DNA from: Hemiscyllium ocellatum
Taxonomy: Eukaryota
Assembly (NCBI RefSeq): GCF_020745735.1
Contig: NC_083416.1
Location: forward strand, 3,386,400-3,450,399
Length of the DNA: 64,000 bases
Direction: 5' to 3'
In this document: in pieces, positions 47,641 through 62,278 of the stretch
Layout: each line of letters opens with the position of its first letter
Numbering within the stretch: the first letter of the stretch is position 1
Program-made: the position numbers and the translations under genes
The notes under the pieces: generated by a model
The model's database searches: none
Seen by the model: the letters and a program-made list of their open reading frames with translations, nothing else
Told to the model about the DNA's origin: nothing

Positions 47641-50600
47641 TATGTAATTTAGCGGTTTCAGAATACAGATCTACCAATCCAGTTGCTCTAACAAAATTTA
47701 AAAAGTTGATCTTATTTAAAATAGTTTTTATTCAATAAAAGCTTATTCAGTCACAGCTTGGAAGCATAAAGATAGATTAAAGAATTAAAATGAAACTTTC
47801 TTTGCAGAGACGAATTGTCAAAAATAACTTTGGTGATTAATTGTTACTTCTTGAACAGAAAAGGGATGAGAAATGAAAAGTTTCATCTGGCTTTCATACG
47901 TTAAGATAGATCACCAGGCACAGACTGTCATCACTAGACACATGTAGTTTTCTTTGGAATATCTTCAGATGCAGTTTATTCAGGGGATGTTAAAAGGAAG
48001 TCTTTCTAGACCTGTCCTGGGAGAATTTGGAGCTTCTATTTGCAGCCCTCATTCCGGATTCTCAGAAAACTTTGCAAGATAGGTGGAAGAGTAATTCTCT
48101 CAGTAATTAACTGAACGTTAAAGCATTTCAAATATCCACAACTCCTGACAATTCCTGGATGGATACATGATTGGGAAGGGTTTTGAGGGATATGGGTCAA
48201 ACGCTGGCAAGTGAGGTTAGATTAATTTCGGATTCCTGGTTCGTGTGGCTGAGTGCGGACTGACGGATCTGTTCCTGTGCCGTACAGCTCAATGACTCTG
48301 TATTTACTTGGGCACAGTACAACTCGGACACAGTCCCTGAAGTCAGGGGATTTTGAATCTCCTGTTCATATTTTTTCACATCAGCATTGCCTTCATCGGT
48401 TTTGCTTGTCACTGGTTCCATTTGCAGCAATAGTGCAGAATTAACAAAAAAAAATCTATGTATCATCCAATAAACAAATTCATGACTTCCTATAAAGTCC
48501 AACCAGTTAATGTAAATCATTGAACTTCTATTACACATCTTCTCAACAAAGTGTTCTTTTTTGACCCTTTTTTCAAAAAGACCAACTCAGTACTTCCTCA
48601 GTTTTTTAAATGAGTCACTTTTGACAATGCTTTAAACGTGACTCCTCTGAAATATTTGTAATTAATTAAGACAGTGCTGTATATTTCTGAGAAAGTCCCA
48701 CTGTGAAGAAATTGCTTCCTTTTTGTAAGTTTTGTTGAGCAGCAAATTAAATATTTCCAAAACCTGGATTCCCGTTTCAGCCAAGGGAGAATGGTGGAAA
48801 TGTGAGGAGCTGCAAGTTGAGAGGGTCCTTACTCTTTAATGCAATGTGTTATTCGGACTATAACCCAGATCTGTCACCAACCCTGTAATACTGGTAAATT
48901 CATTAGTAAATTTAACAGAACAAAATCACCTAAAAATATTTTCACAAGATGATGACGATGTGGAAGGACATCAGTCACGCCTCATCTCATCCATCCAGAA
49001 AGTCCTGGAGTCATACAGCTGGAAACAGATCCTTTGACCCAACTCAACCATACTGACCAAGTTTCCCAAATTAAACTAAACCCACGAGCCTACATTTGGC
49101 CCATATCCCTCTAAACCTTCCCTGTTCATGTGCCTGTCCAAATGTCCTCCAAATGTTTTAGCTGTACCACTTCCACTGGCAGCTCACTTCATATACAAAC
49201 CACCCTTGGCTGTGAAAAAGTTGCCCCTCGGGTCTCTTTCCAATCTTTCTCCTCTCACCTTAAAAATATGCCGCTAGTTTTGAACTCCCCCACTCTGGGG
49301 AAAAGACCTTTGCTAGTCACATTATCTATGCCCCTTATGATTCTATAAGGTCACTGCTCAACCTCCTACGGTCCAGTGAAAAAGGTCACAGATAGTCCAG
49401 CCTCTCCTTTTAATTCAAGCCCTAGTGTCCTGGTAAATCTTTTCTGAACCCTTTTCAATGTAATAATACCCTTCCTGCAGCAGGGTGACCAGAGTTGTAC
49501 ACAGCTGTCTCACCAATGTCTGTGGAACTGCAGCATGACGTCCCAACTCCTATACTCAATGATCTGAGCAACGAAGGCAAGTGTGCTGAATGCCTTCTCA
49601 ACCACCCTGTCTTTATGTGATGCAAATTTCAAAGGACATGTACTTGTGTTCTGAGAGACTCTAGCAATCCTCACATCCAGCTACAAGACCTTTGCCTCCA
49701 TGATTCTATCTGAAAGTTTATTCTACGTGCTAATTTCCCAATTTCCCTCCTAACATTACCTTCACTAGTTTCAAGCAGCATTTCTTCATTCCACTCCCAC
49801 AGTTTATTTTAATGTATTGTTCTAGGTTAATATGTTCTCCATCTAAATTGCTATTGGATAAATTCATAAGACCACCTTTCAATTGCACTGTTTCAAAAAC
49901 CATTGATTCACATCTTTCTATATTAATTATCTTCTTGATTCTAGGGATCATCCATCAGCCTATTCCCTGCGCACATGGCTGCAGTGCTCAAAGTGCTCCA
50001 AGTTCTCCGGTTTCCTTCCACAGTCCTAAGTTGTGCAGGTTAGGGTGGATCGGCCATGCTAAATTACCCATAGTGTGCAGGCTAGGTGGATTGGCTATGG
50101 GAAATGCAGGGTTACAGGGATAGGATAGGGGACTGGGTCTGGGTGGAATGCTTTTCAGAGGGTCGGCATGGACTCCATGGGCTGAATGGCCTGCTTCCCC
50201 ACTGTAGGGATTCTGTGATTTGAGAACTAATATTGCTCCTTTAAGAATGTCCCAGTCTATTTGAGAAAATGGCAAATAAAGCTTCTTTGTCAGCACCCTT
50301 GATTATTTGAGGGTCATCAGTCTATGACTTAGATTGATAGAGATGTACAGCACGGAAACAGACCCTTTGGTCCAACTCGTCCATGCTGACGAGATATCCT
50401 GACCCAATCTAGTCCCACCTGCCAGCACCTGGCCCGTATCCCTCCAAACCCTTCCTATTCATATACCCATCCAAATGCCTTTTAAATGTTGTAATTGTAC
50501 CAGCCTCCGCCACTTCCTCTGACAGCCCATTCCATACACGTACCACCCTCTGTGTGAAAAAGTTGCCCCATAGGTCTCTTTTATATCTTTCCCCTCTCAC

Positions 50601-51049
50601 TCCAAACCAATGCCCTCTAGTTCTGGACTCCCCGACCCCAGGGAAAAGACCTTGTTGATTTACCCTATCCATACCCCTCATGAGTTTATAATGTTTGTTC
50701 TTAGTATAGAATTCAATAGCCTTTATTGTCATGTATTCCAAAGCAAGGACAGTGAAAAGTTTGTAATGACCCCTTTTGGCGCCATCTGAGGGAAAAGTAT
50801 CTAAGTACAGATATTTTCAGGGTTTGTTTCAGAATTGAAATAGTAAAATAAAAGACTGGTTTAGGAATACAGAGCTCAAAGGTCCTGAATGAGAACAAAA
50901 GTATCTTTGAAGTACTTGGGCTACAGTCCTTACTCACTCGGGTTATAGTCCGTGCCCACCAGACCTCAGAACATGAGGCCTCATTGCCTCCACATGCCGC
51001 CCCCTGTCCCAGACACACCTCCTGGACTCAATCCTCCCAGCCAGTCCAC

Positions 51050-51830
51050 ACACTGCTCCCCACTCCGAGCTCCTGCTCCCTGCTTTGGGTTCCTGTTCCC
51101 TGCTCCGGGCTCCTGCTCCCCCCTATGGGCTCCTGTTCCCCACTCCGAGCTCCTGCTCCCCCCTATGGGCTCCTGTTCCCCACTCCGAGCTCCTGCTCCC
51201 CCCATGGGCTCCTGCTCCCCACTCTGAGCTCCTGCTCCCTACTCCGAGCTCCTGCTCCCTACTCCGAGCTCCTGCTCCCCACTCCGAGCTCCTGCTCCCC
51301 ACTCTGAGCTCCTGCTCCCCACTCCGAGCTCCTGCTCCCCACTCTGGGTTCCTGTTCCCGGCTCTATTCTCCTGCTCCCTGCTCCAACTCCTGCTCCCCA
51401 CTCTAGGTTCCTATTCCCTGCTCCATTCTCCTGCTCCCTGTTCCAGGCTCCTGCTCCCCACTCTAGGTTCCTATTCCCTGCTCCATTCTCCTGCTCCCTG
51501 TTCCAGGCTCCTGCTCCCTGCTCCGGGCTCCTGTTCCCTGCTCCAGGCTCCTGCTCCCTGCTCCCTGCTCCAGGCTCCTGTTCCCTGCTCCGGGCTCCTG
51601 CTCCCCGCTCCGAGCTCCTGCTCCCTGCTCCGAGCTCTTGTTTCCCGCTTCGGGGTGCACACTCCCTGCTCCCTGCTCCAGGATCTGCTCTGGGATCCCA
51701 CTCCCTGCTCCACCTCCCCGCTCCGGGCTCCTGCTCCACACTCCCTGCTCCAGCTCCTCCTCCCTGCACCAGGCTTATGCTCCCTGCTCCGAAATCCTGC
51801 TCCCCGCTCCGGTCTCCAGGCTCTGTGCTC
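51050..51830. repeat. GC-rich degenerate tandem repeat (CTCCTGCTCCC / CCACTCCGAG units)
   Basis: Visible periodicity. It produces many overlapping low-complexity ORFs on both strands. Confidence 0.9.
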
Positions 51831-52149
51831 CAGCAGCAGCTCACGTTCGGGACTTGGCCCACACTTACTGTGCTCCCTGCTTCAGCCACGACTCACTCAG
51901 ATATTACTTAGACACTCAGTGAGGGCACCGACCGCCAGGTTCCTCAGATTGAAGGGGAATTGGTTCTTATGTTGTTGGATTTTTTTTTAAGCTACATGAT
52001 GATCAATTGACAATCCAATGGTCCAACAAAAACACTTAATTTTTGTTTTAGTGTAAAGCTAACTTCATATCGTAGTTCCATTAGCCCCAGGCATTCGTTG
52101 ACATAATTGTTATGGTTACTGGTCTAGGAATGTAAGGGCCTGCACTAAT

Positions 52150-54120
52150 TCGCTCTCTCAGTTGAATTGAATTGAATTGATTGTCACGTGTACTGAGGCA
52201 CAGTGAAAAGCTTTGTCTTGTGAGCAATACAGACAGATCACAGAGTTCAGTAGCGTAGATAAGTAAATAATAGGTAAACAGCGGCAAAAACATAAACACA
52301 GGTGCAGGTGAATGTTCAGAGTTTGTGAGTCCATTCAGTATCTAACAACAGTGGGGTAGAAACTGTTACAAAACCAGCTGGTGTGCATGTTCAGGTTTCT
52401 GTACCTTCTCCCCGATGGTAGAGGTTGTAGAAAAACATTGCCAGGGTGGGATGGATCTTTGAGAATGCTGGCGGCCTTTCCTTGACAGTGGGCCTGGGAG
52501 ATGGATTCTATAGATGGGAGGTTGGCCTTTGTGATTGTCCGGCCCGAGTTCACCGCTCTCTGTAACCGTCTCCGATCTTGAATGGTACAGTTGCCATATC
52601 AGGTAGTGATACATCCAGACAGAATGCTCTCGATGGGGCACCTATAAAAGTTGGCAAGGGTATTCGCTGTCATGGCAAATTTCCTCAGCTGCCTGAGGAA
52701 GAAGAGACATTGTTGGGCCTTTGTAACCAGTGCATCCACATGAAGAGCCCAAGAAAGCTTGTTGGGGATGACCACTCCCAGGAGTTTGACACTCTGCACT
52801 CGTCCCACCTCTATGGTGTTAATGTGTGTGTGTGTGTGTGTGTGTGTGTGGTGGGGGGGGGGGGGGGGGGGGGAGCGGGGTGGGATGAGTAACATCCAGC
52901 TGAAAGTCAATAACGAGTTCCTTCGTTTTGCCGACATTGAGAGCTTGGTTGTTCTCAGTGCATCATCTTTCCAGGTCTTGCATCTCCCGTCTGTAGTCAT
53001 CGCCATCTGAGATTGGACCGGCTATGGTGGTGTCATCAGTGAACTTGTAAATGGCATTAGTCTGGTATTTGGCGACACAGTCATGGGTATACAGTGAGTA
53101 CAGTAGGGGGCTGAGTACGCATCCTTGAGGGGGGCTCTAGAGTTGAATGTTAGTGAGGATGAAATATTGTCCCCAATCTTTACTGATTGTGAACTGTGAG
53201 TCAGGGAACTGAGGATCCAGTTGCAGAGAGTGGGGCTTAGTCCGAGATCACTAAGCTTAGTAATCAGTCTTGAGGGGATAATAGTGTTGAAGACTGAACT
53301 GTAGTCAATGAGTTGGATTCTTACGTAACTGTTCTTGGTGTCAAGGTGTTCTAGGGAGGAGTGAAGGGCAAGTGATATGGCATCTGACATGGATCTGTTG
53401 GTCCGATAGGCAAATTGGAGTGGGTCAAGAGTAGTGGGGAGGCTGGAGTTGATTAATGCCATGACTAGCCTTCCAAAGCACTTCATGACCATCGAAGTTA
53501 GGGCCACTGGGCGGTAGTCACTGAGACATGCTGCATGGGCCTTCTTAGGCACAGGGATAATGTTGGGCCTCTTGAAACAGGCAGGGACAGTGACCTGCTA
53601 CGGGGAGAGGTTGAAGATGTCTGAGAAGACCTCTGCCAGTTGATCTGCACATGCTCTGAGTGCACGGCCTGGTACTCCGTCTGGTCCCATCACTTTCCTT
53701 GATTCACATGAAGGAAAACTGACCTGACCTCTGATGCAGTGACTGTTGGGATAGGTTTGTCAGGACCTGTTGGAATAGATGTGACTTCTCCGCTGAGACC
53801 CTGCTTAAAGCTACCATAGAAGGCTTTGAGATGATCTGGGAGGGATGTATCATCATCTGCTATCTTGCACTGTCGCTTTTTAGGACCTGTGATGTCATCC
53901 AGTTCTTGCCATAGTCTCCGGGTGTCTGTCTGCATCTCTAGTTTGGATCGGTATTGGTCCTTGGCTGTCTTAATGACTCTGCGAAGGTCACACTTGGATT
54001 TCTTATAGTTGAGTGGGTCTCCTGATCTGAAGGCCTCACACCTGATTCGGTATGTCCTGATTCATCTAGGGTTTCCTGTTGGGGAACACGGTATGTAGTC
54101 CTCCACGCACTTGCTGATAT
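52150..54120 (-). mobile_element. Rex1/Babar-type non-LTR retrotransposon, 3' portion, decayed; contains (TG)n-poly(G) at ~52824-52872
   Basis: [88 protein letters not shown]. Confidence 0.85.
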
Positions 54121-56675
54121 CGGTGGATAGGAAGGACCTCATGGTGTATGAGGAACAGCCAATGTCCATTCCACAATTAGTATTAATGATGAGACCGTCT
54201 GGGGGTTGTTATCACATTGCTATTGGTGAGAAATGACTGTGACAGTAAGACCATAAGAGGGAGGAACAGGAGTAGGCCTTCGAGATTGTTCTGTTATTCA
54301 GTCTGATCTAACATTCCTCACTATCACTTTCCTGCATTTCCCTGTAACCCTTGATTCTCCTAATGATCAAGAATCTATCTATCCCTGTGGTATGGAGTTT
54401 CAAAAGCTCACAATCCTCTGAGAAAGAAAATTCTTCCTCATCTCAGTTTTACATTGGTGCCCCTCTATACTGAGCCTGTCACCTCAGGTCCATGACTCTC
54501 CCATGAGTGGGGTGCATTATCTCAGTATTTACCCTGTTAATTTACCCTCCATGATTTGTTGATTTTCATGGAGGGCTTCTCTCCATGAGTATTTCAATAT
54601 CGCTCACCCCCATCTTCCCAAAGCCACCTCAGTAGTGGTTCACCATTTCCATAAGGCCCCTCCCTCTAGTCTGACTCTAGTCCCGTTCTCCCACTCACCA
54701 TGTCCCGGCCAACCTGACCCTGCCGAGATATCTGGGAGGGGACCAGATTCTGCCTCTTCGGATCCTGACATGGGAGCCTAGGGAAAGCCCCCACCCTGGT
54801 TGGTGGGGATGGGACCGGGAGATTGTGCTGGTTGGAGCGGTGATGCCCTTTCCCCTCACAACCAGCGACGGTGCCATGACAGCTAGCCTTTTGAGCCTAG
54901 CCAGTGGTTGCCAGCTGGGTCAGTGCACTCCCTGCTATCCGGAGGCCTGCACACTCAATGAGCATTGTCACACTGCCAAGGTGACAACCACCATCTTCTC
55001 TCTGGGATCTCACACTCACTCTATCACTGCTGTTGCTTCATCCAGCTCCCTTCTCTCACCCACTCTCACCCAGCCCAACCCTTGGCATTGCTAACCCCGT
55101 ATGCCCTCCACGCTGTCTTCTCATCCCTAGCCTGAACCAGCAGGAGGTGCTTTGCCACCCATTTCCATCTCCTGTGATACCCACATCTCTCTCTTTCTCA
55201 TTCCAGGAGGATAATAGGATAATAGTGTAGGGGAGGGTTGGTGTGGACTTGTTGGGCTGAAGGGCCTGTTACCACACTGTAGGGATTCTATATTCTATGA
55301 ACAGAGTCTACACTCCGGTGAAGGGCTGCCTGACATTCAGCTCCACTCAACTTATGTGGAGATGGTTTGGACACTGACTAACTGTGTCCCAGCCTCTGGA
55401 CTGGGATCCCGCAGGCTGCCCTGCTCTAACCATGCTGCAACCCTCTGAGCGAAGGTGGTCTCCGTGGAGTTGACTGAGGCCCACTGACAATGCAGACAAA
55501 CTGTGCTAAACGGCCAGGCGATGCTGCAGCACCATGAGCCTCAATATCTCTGGCTGAGGGGCAAGGAGCAAAAAGGGGTGAGGAGAGGCAGGAATACTGG
55601 CAGTATCCAGGCAGGCTCAGAGTGAGTGAGTGCTGGACGAGTGAGCAAACATCCATGTACACTCCCTGAGCTGAAGCTGTGACCCTGAGCACATAGTGTC
55701 AGTGTTAGAATGAGAGTTCCTGACTCTTGATTGATTATTGTCACATGCACCAGGATACAATGAAAAGTGTTGTTTTGCAGGCTCCACACTCGTACCTTAC
55801 AGAGTGCATCAGGGTAGCAGAATAGAGTGCAGGATACAGTGTTACAGCCACAGAGAAGGTGCAGAGAGAGAGAGAGAGAGAGAGATGCAGATTTGAGAGG
55901 TCCATTCAAAAGTCTGATAACAGTGGGGAAGAAACTATTCTTAAATCTGTTGGTAAGTGTTTTCAGAGTTTTATATCTTGTGCTGGATGGAAGAGAGCGG
56001 AGGAGAGTTTACTGGGGTGGGAGGGGTCTTTGATAATGTTGGCTGTTTTCCCAAGGCAGTGGGAAGTGTAGATGGAAGGCTGGTTCATGATGGACTGCGC
56101 TGTGTTCACAGCTCACTGTAATTTCTTGCAGTGCAGCATGATAGAGTAGAAATGTTCTGTCAGTGGATTGGCGATGTACCATGAGGGTTCTTACAGGTAG
56201 ACCCATTCCCCTACCCTGTTACTCTACATTTCCCCCTAACTAATGCACATAACCTACACATCCATGAACACTATTGGAAATTTAGCATGGCCAATCTGTC
56301 CTAACCTGCACATCTTTGGATTGAGGGAGGAAACCAGAGCACCTATAGGAAACCTACTTAGATAAAACGTGCAAACTCTGTACAGATAGTCGCCCAAGGC
56401 CAGAATCAAACCTGGGTCCCTGGCACTGTGAGGCAGCAGTGCTAACCACTGAGTCACTGTGTCATCCTGGTGACTGGCCTCGAACATGGAGGTTAATGAG
56501 CTGGGATTTGTTGATCATAAGGTCATTAATAATCAACAATTCCCCTTAATAAGCAACTTGCTGCAATTGAATAAGAATCTCAGTCGTCACATCCAGAACA
56601 ATGCAAAAAAGTGAGCCCAATATTGAGAAAGGATCCTACTAGATTTTCTACCATTGCACATGTAATCAGGCCCCG

Positions 56676-57660
56676 CTCAGATTCAGCCCATACCTACCCC
56701 CCTCAGATACAGCCCCTATCTACCCCCCTCAGATTCAGCCCATACCTACCCCGCTCAGATTCAGCCCCTACCTACCCCCCTCAGATTCAGCCCCTACCTA
56801 CCCCGCTCAGATTCAGCCCCTACCTACCCCCCTCAGATACAGCCCATACCTACCCCCCTCAGATACAGCCCATACCTACCCCCCTCAGATACAGCCCATA
56901 CCTACCCCCGCTCAGATACAGCCCCTACCTACCCCCCTCAGATACAGCCCATACCTACCCTCCTCAAACACAGCCCCTACCTAACCCCCTCAGATACAGC
57001 CCCTACCTACCCCCCTCAGATTCAGCCCATACCTACCCAGCTCAGATACAGCCCATACCTACCCAGCTCAGATACAGCCCATACCTACCCCGCTCAGATA
57101 CAGCCCATACCTACCCCGCTCAGATACAGCCCCTACCTAACCCCCTCAGATACAGCCCCTACCTACCCCCCTCAGATTCAGCCCATACCTACCCAGCTCA
57201 GATACAGCCCATACCTACCCCGCTCAGATACAGCCCATACCTACCCAGCTCAGATACAGCCCATACCTACCCAGCTCAGATACAGCCCATACCTACCCCC
57301 CTCAGATTCAGCCCATACCTACCCAGCTCAGATACAGCCCATACCTACCCAGCTCAGATACAGCCCATACCTACCCCGCTCAGATACAGCCCATACCTAC
57401 CCCGCTCAGATACAGCCCCTACCTAACCCCCTCAGATACAGCCCCTACCTACCCCCCTCAGATTCAGCCCATACCTACCCAGCTCAGATACAGCCCATAC
57501 CTACCCCGCTCAGATACAGCCCATACCTACCCCCCTCAGATACAGCCCATACCTACCCCGCTCAGATACAGCCCCTACCTACCCCCCTCAGATACAGCCC
57601 ATACCTACCCCCGCTCAGATACAGCCCCTACCTACCCCCCTCAGATTTAGCCAATACCTC
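56676..57660. repeat. 26-bp minisatellite (CTCAGATACAGCCCATACCTACCCCG), about 38 copies
   Basis: Unit starts at 56676, 56702, 56728 and so on. Highly homogeneous. Confidence 0.95.
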
Positions 57661-57984
57661 CCATGCCGCTGTGGGATGAACTACAATCTGATTGGTTAAA
57701 ACTTCGAATAAACTTCCAAGTAGAGGCATGGAGCTAGAAATCTTGGAGTAATTTATGAGGTAGTTGGATATTGTAATGTAAGAGAAAGTTAGAATTTCTC
57801 AGGTACGTGAATATGGATGTGACAAATGCCATTGTACGTTTGTCATCATTAAGAATAGAATGGAATCCCTACAGTGTGGTAAGAGGCCATTCAGTCCATC
57901 TAGTCTGCACTAACTCCCTGAACATCACACCTAGGCCTAACTTATCCCCCACCCTCCCATCCTGGCACTTTCCCCTGCCACCGC

Positions 57985-58745
57985 AGGAACTGTAAAACCT
58001 GTGCCCACACCTCCTCCCTCACCTCTATCCAAGGCCCTAAAGGAGCCTTCCACATCCATCAAAGTTTTACCTGCACATCCACTAATATCATTTATTGTAT
58101 CCGTTGCTCCCGATGCGGTCTCCTCTACATTGGGGAGACTGGGCGCCTCCTAGCAGAGCGCTTTAGGGAACATCTCCGGGACACCCGCACCAATCAACCA
58201 CACTGCCCCGTGGCCCAACATTTTAACTCCCCCTCCCACTCTGCCGAGGACATGGAGGTCCTGGGCCTCCTTCACTGCTGCTCCCTCACCACCAGACGCC
58301 TGGAGGAAGAACGCCTCATCTTCCGCCTCGGAACACTTCAACCCCAGGGCATCAATGTGGACTTCAACAGCTTCCTCATTTCCCCTTCCCCCACCTCACC
58401 CCAGTTCCAAACTTCCAGCTCAGCACTGTCTCCATGACTTGTCTGGACTTGTCCTACCTGCCTAGCTCCTTTTCCACCTATCCACTCCACCATCTCCTCC
58501 CTGACCTATCACCTTCATCCCCTCCCCCACTTACCCACTGTACTCTATGCTACTTTTTCCCCACCCCCACCTTCCTCTAGCTTATCTCTCCACGCTTCAG
58601 GCTCACTGCCTTTATTCCTGATGAAGGTCTTTTGCCCGAAATGTTGATTTTACTGCTCCTTGGATGCTGCCTGAACTGCTGTGCTCTTCCAGCACCACTG
58701 ATCCAGAATCTGGTTTCCAGTATCTGCAGTCATTGTTTTTACCTC
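57985..58745 (+). mobile_element. Penelope-like 3' fragment (GIY-YIG region and tail), same family as 700-3163
   Basis: IIYCIRCSRCGLLYIGETGRLLAERFREH...EEERLIFRLGTLQPQG, with a degenerate hammerhead at ~58615-58660. Confidence 0.85.
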
Positions 58746-60597
58746 CTGTATTTACCATGGCTAACCCACCCAGCCTGCACATCCCTGGACACTATGGGCA
58801 ATTTCCCATGGCCAATCCACCCTAACTTGCATATTTGTGGACTGTGGGAGGAAACTGGAGCACCTGGAGGAAACTCACGCAGACACGGGGAGAATGTGCA
58901 AACTCCACACAGACAGCGGCCTGAATCAAACCCAGGCCCCTGGTGCTGTGAAGCAGCAGTGCTAATCACTGAGTCACCATAACTTCAAACAAGGAACCAA
59001 TTATTTCAGTAGTATTTTCTCACAATATTTCCACACATATGGAAACACCTAAAAATATATCACAGTGTCCTCAATTTAGAGTTAAGTTACCGATCTTCTA
59101 TTTATAAAATTGTTTATCAAACTTATTACTTTGTCAAAATACATTGCAGGAAGTGAATAAAAACTGTTAGAGGGGAACTCAAGATTTATTTTAATTTTTA
59201 GAAATGAAGGAATTGTTGACATTATATAGCACCTATTACCAACGCAGGCCATTACAAGATCCTTTGGAATAGATGAGGTTCTTTTGAAGTATTGTTGTTG
59301 TAATGTAGGAAACGCACCTGCCCCTGGGTACACGGTTAAAAACAATGACGTGATCATGACTGGATTACTCGTGACCAGGAGTGTTCCACAGAGATTGTAC
59401 TGAGCCCTCTGCTGTTGGCGATATTTATAAGTGATTTGGATAAAAATGTACACGGGCAGATTAGTAAACCTGCAGACGATATAACGATCGGTGGAGGTTG
59501 GATCATGTAGAAGGTTGTCAAAGGATACAGCGGGATATACACATCAGTTGCAAACACAGGGGCGGAGAAGTGGCAGATAGGGTTTAATCCGGTAAGTGTG
59601 AGGTGCTGCACTTTGTGAGATCAAATATTAAGGAAATGTATATAGTTAATGGCAGGACCCTGAACAGCATTGATGTACAGAGAGATTTGGGGTTCATGTC
59701 TATAGCTCCCTGAAAGTTGCCCTGCAAGTAGATAGGTTGGTAAAGAAGGTGTATGACTCGCTGCCTTTATTGGTCAGAGCATTAAGTGCAAGACTAGAGG
59801 CAGACCAGAATTGCCATTGTGTGATGGCTCAGTGGTTAGTCCTGCTGTCTCATAATGCAAAGGACCTGGATTTGATTCCAGCATTGGGTGGCTTTGGAGT
59901 TTGCATATTTTGCCTGTCTCTGTGCTTCAGTTTCCTCCCACAGTTCAAAGATGCACAGGGAGTGTGGATTGGCCAAGGAAAATGCAGAGATATGGAATCC
60001 CTACAGTGTGGAAACAGGCTCTTCGGCCCAACAAGTCCACACCAATCTATCTAAAGAGAAACCCATTCCCTGTTATTGGCTCCTGACTAATGCACCTAAT
60101 ATAGATATCCCTGAACACTATGAGCAATTTAGCATGGCCAATTCAGCCCACAGACATGGGGAGAATATACAAACTCCACACAGACAGTTACCTGAGGCTG
60201 GAATCAAACCCAGATCCTGGTGCTGTAAGGCAGCAGTGCTAACCACTGAGCCACTGTGCCACCCCAAAGTGGGGGTCAGGGTACGATGCTCTTTGGAGGG
60301 TTTCTGCGGGTTGAATGTTTTCTTTCTACACTGCAGGAACATGATGGGATAGGCCCCTGGTCTGATGGTGTCTCTCTCTTTCTCTACAGATGGCGATGTG
60401 TTTTTGCAGCATTTTCATCATCAACAGTGTTTTGATTTTGAATCTGATCAGTGAAAGTTAAATATTGCCCAGGAATCTCACTCTCCTATTAATAGTGACA
60501 TTGGTCTTTTTACCCATTGGAGGGAACAATCAGGGCTTCTGTTCCAGACTTGGCACTTGTGCAGCACTTTCTGAACACTGCATTGATATATCGAGGA

Positions 60598-60812
60598 GAA
60601 AGTGAGGACTGCAGATGCTGGAGATCAGAGCTGAAAATGTGTTGCTGGAAAAGCGCAGCAGGTCAGGCAGCATCCAAAGAGCAGGAGAATCAATGTTTCA
60701 GGCATGAACCCTTCTTCAGGAATGAGGGCTCATGCCCGAAACGTCGATTCTCCTGCTCCTTGGATGCTGCCTGACCTGCTGCGCTTTTCCAGCAACACAT
60801 TTTCAGCTCTGC
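60598..60812. mobile_element. Palindromic Penelope pseudo-LTR fragment (similar at ~41105-41292)
   Basis: Arms CTGAAAATGTGTTGCTGGAAAAGCGCAGCAGG... and its reverse complement, with hammerhead halves in the centre. Confidence 0.75.
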
Positions 60813-61974
60813 ATTGATATATCGCCGGGCTTAGGTGTCTCAGAACTGATGGTGATGTATGAGGTGAAGAAACTGGAGCGGGGGGAGGGGGTGGGTGGGG
60901 GGAGGTAGCCGCAATAAATTGGGGAACTCTTTGGTGGATGTTGGTGATTAGGATCTGACAGAACAAAACCCATCTCAGTTAAAGCCAGAGGAACAGGCCA
61001 AAGTAATAAAGGAAATTCAATACGTATTGAATAACTGATTGATTGAATAATTGGAACTCTCCTGTAGTATCGGTTACAAAACCAGATGGTTCAATTAAGT
61101 TATGTCTAGGCTACAGGAAAGTGAATGTGGCCACATAGACAGACCCATACCTATTCCTGGTCTAAAAGATTGTGTTGATAGCATTGGTTATGGTGCTATT
61201 GTCGTCCAATATTGATTTCTTAAAAGGATATACCCAATGAATTGTACCAGTGTCAGGTTATACCATGTGATTTAAGAACATAACAGCTACATTTCAATGT
61301 TTAGTGAATGGAGGTAATGCTGTGTTATGGAATTGTGTAGCTTTCTTGGTTGACATTGTAGTATACAATATTGCATGGACGGACCATTTGAAACAGTTAG
61401 AAAGCTTATTTTCACAATTATAGTTAGCTGGATTGATGTTAAACCGAGCAAAAGTGTATCTATGAAAGTCAAAGGGATGTGTTTGGCACACGCTATAGGT
61501 CAGCAATAGGTGTCACCCAGAATAGCAAAGGTTTCGCCATTTTCCACTCTGTAGGGTATTTGCCAGTGCTGTCGTTTTACTGGAACAGCTTGGGTTAATG
61601 GCTTGGCTAGTTCAGAGCACCAACCTTCAGTACTGTTGCTGGAATGTGGTCTGGGTCCCTAGCCTTTGCAGTATCCAGTGCCTTCAGCTGTCTGTTGCTA
61701 TCATGTGGAGTGAATCAGATTGGCTGAAGACTGGTATCTGGGATTATGGGGACCACTGGAGGAGGCCGAGATGGTTCAGCTCATTTGGCACTTCTGGTTG
61801 AAGATGGACTTCAGCCTTGTCTTTCGCACTAATACGCTGGCCATCCCCAGTGTTACACCCTCTTTAATCTCAAAAGAACAAGAATATTTCTCAAAGGTTG
61901 AACCTGAGTTTAAAAGCCAGACCCATCTTACCTTTATTAATCTGGGATGGCCCTGCTCTGTCTGACCCTAGTGT

Positions 61975-62278
61975 GGGCGGCACGGTGGCACAGTGGTTAG
62001 CACTGCTGCCTCACAGCGCCAGAGACCCGGGTTCAATTCCTGCCTCAGGCGACTGTCTGTGTGGAGTTTGCACGTTCTCCCCGTGTCTGCATGGGTTTCC
62101 TCCGGTTTCCTCCCACAGTCCAAAGATGTGCTGGTCAGGTGAATTGGCCATGCTAAATTGCCCGCAGTGTTAGGTAAAGGGTAAATGTAGGGGTATGGGT
62201 GGGTTGCGCTTTGGTGGGTCAGTGTGGACTTGTTGGGCCGAAGGGCCTGTTTCCACACTGTAAGTAATCTAATCTAAT
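61975..62278 (+). mobile_element. HE1/V-SINE-type SINE, near full-length (further copies at ~39857-40030, ~50000-50215, ~56205-56465, ~58745-58980, ~59820-60265)
   Basis: Complete head, core and GTAAGTAATCTAATCTAA tail. Confidence 0.9.

Noticed and set aside
51085-51990. 301-aa and overlapping low-complexity ORFs on both strands
   Set aside because: By-products of a GC-rich tandem repeat.
56611-57426. 271-aa Pro/Tyr-rich ORF
   Set aside because: Translation of the 26-bp minisatellite, with no splice or other coding support.
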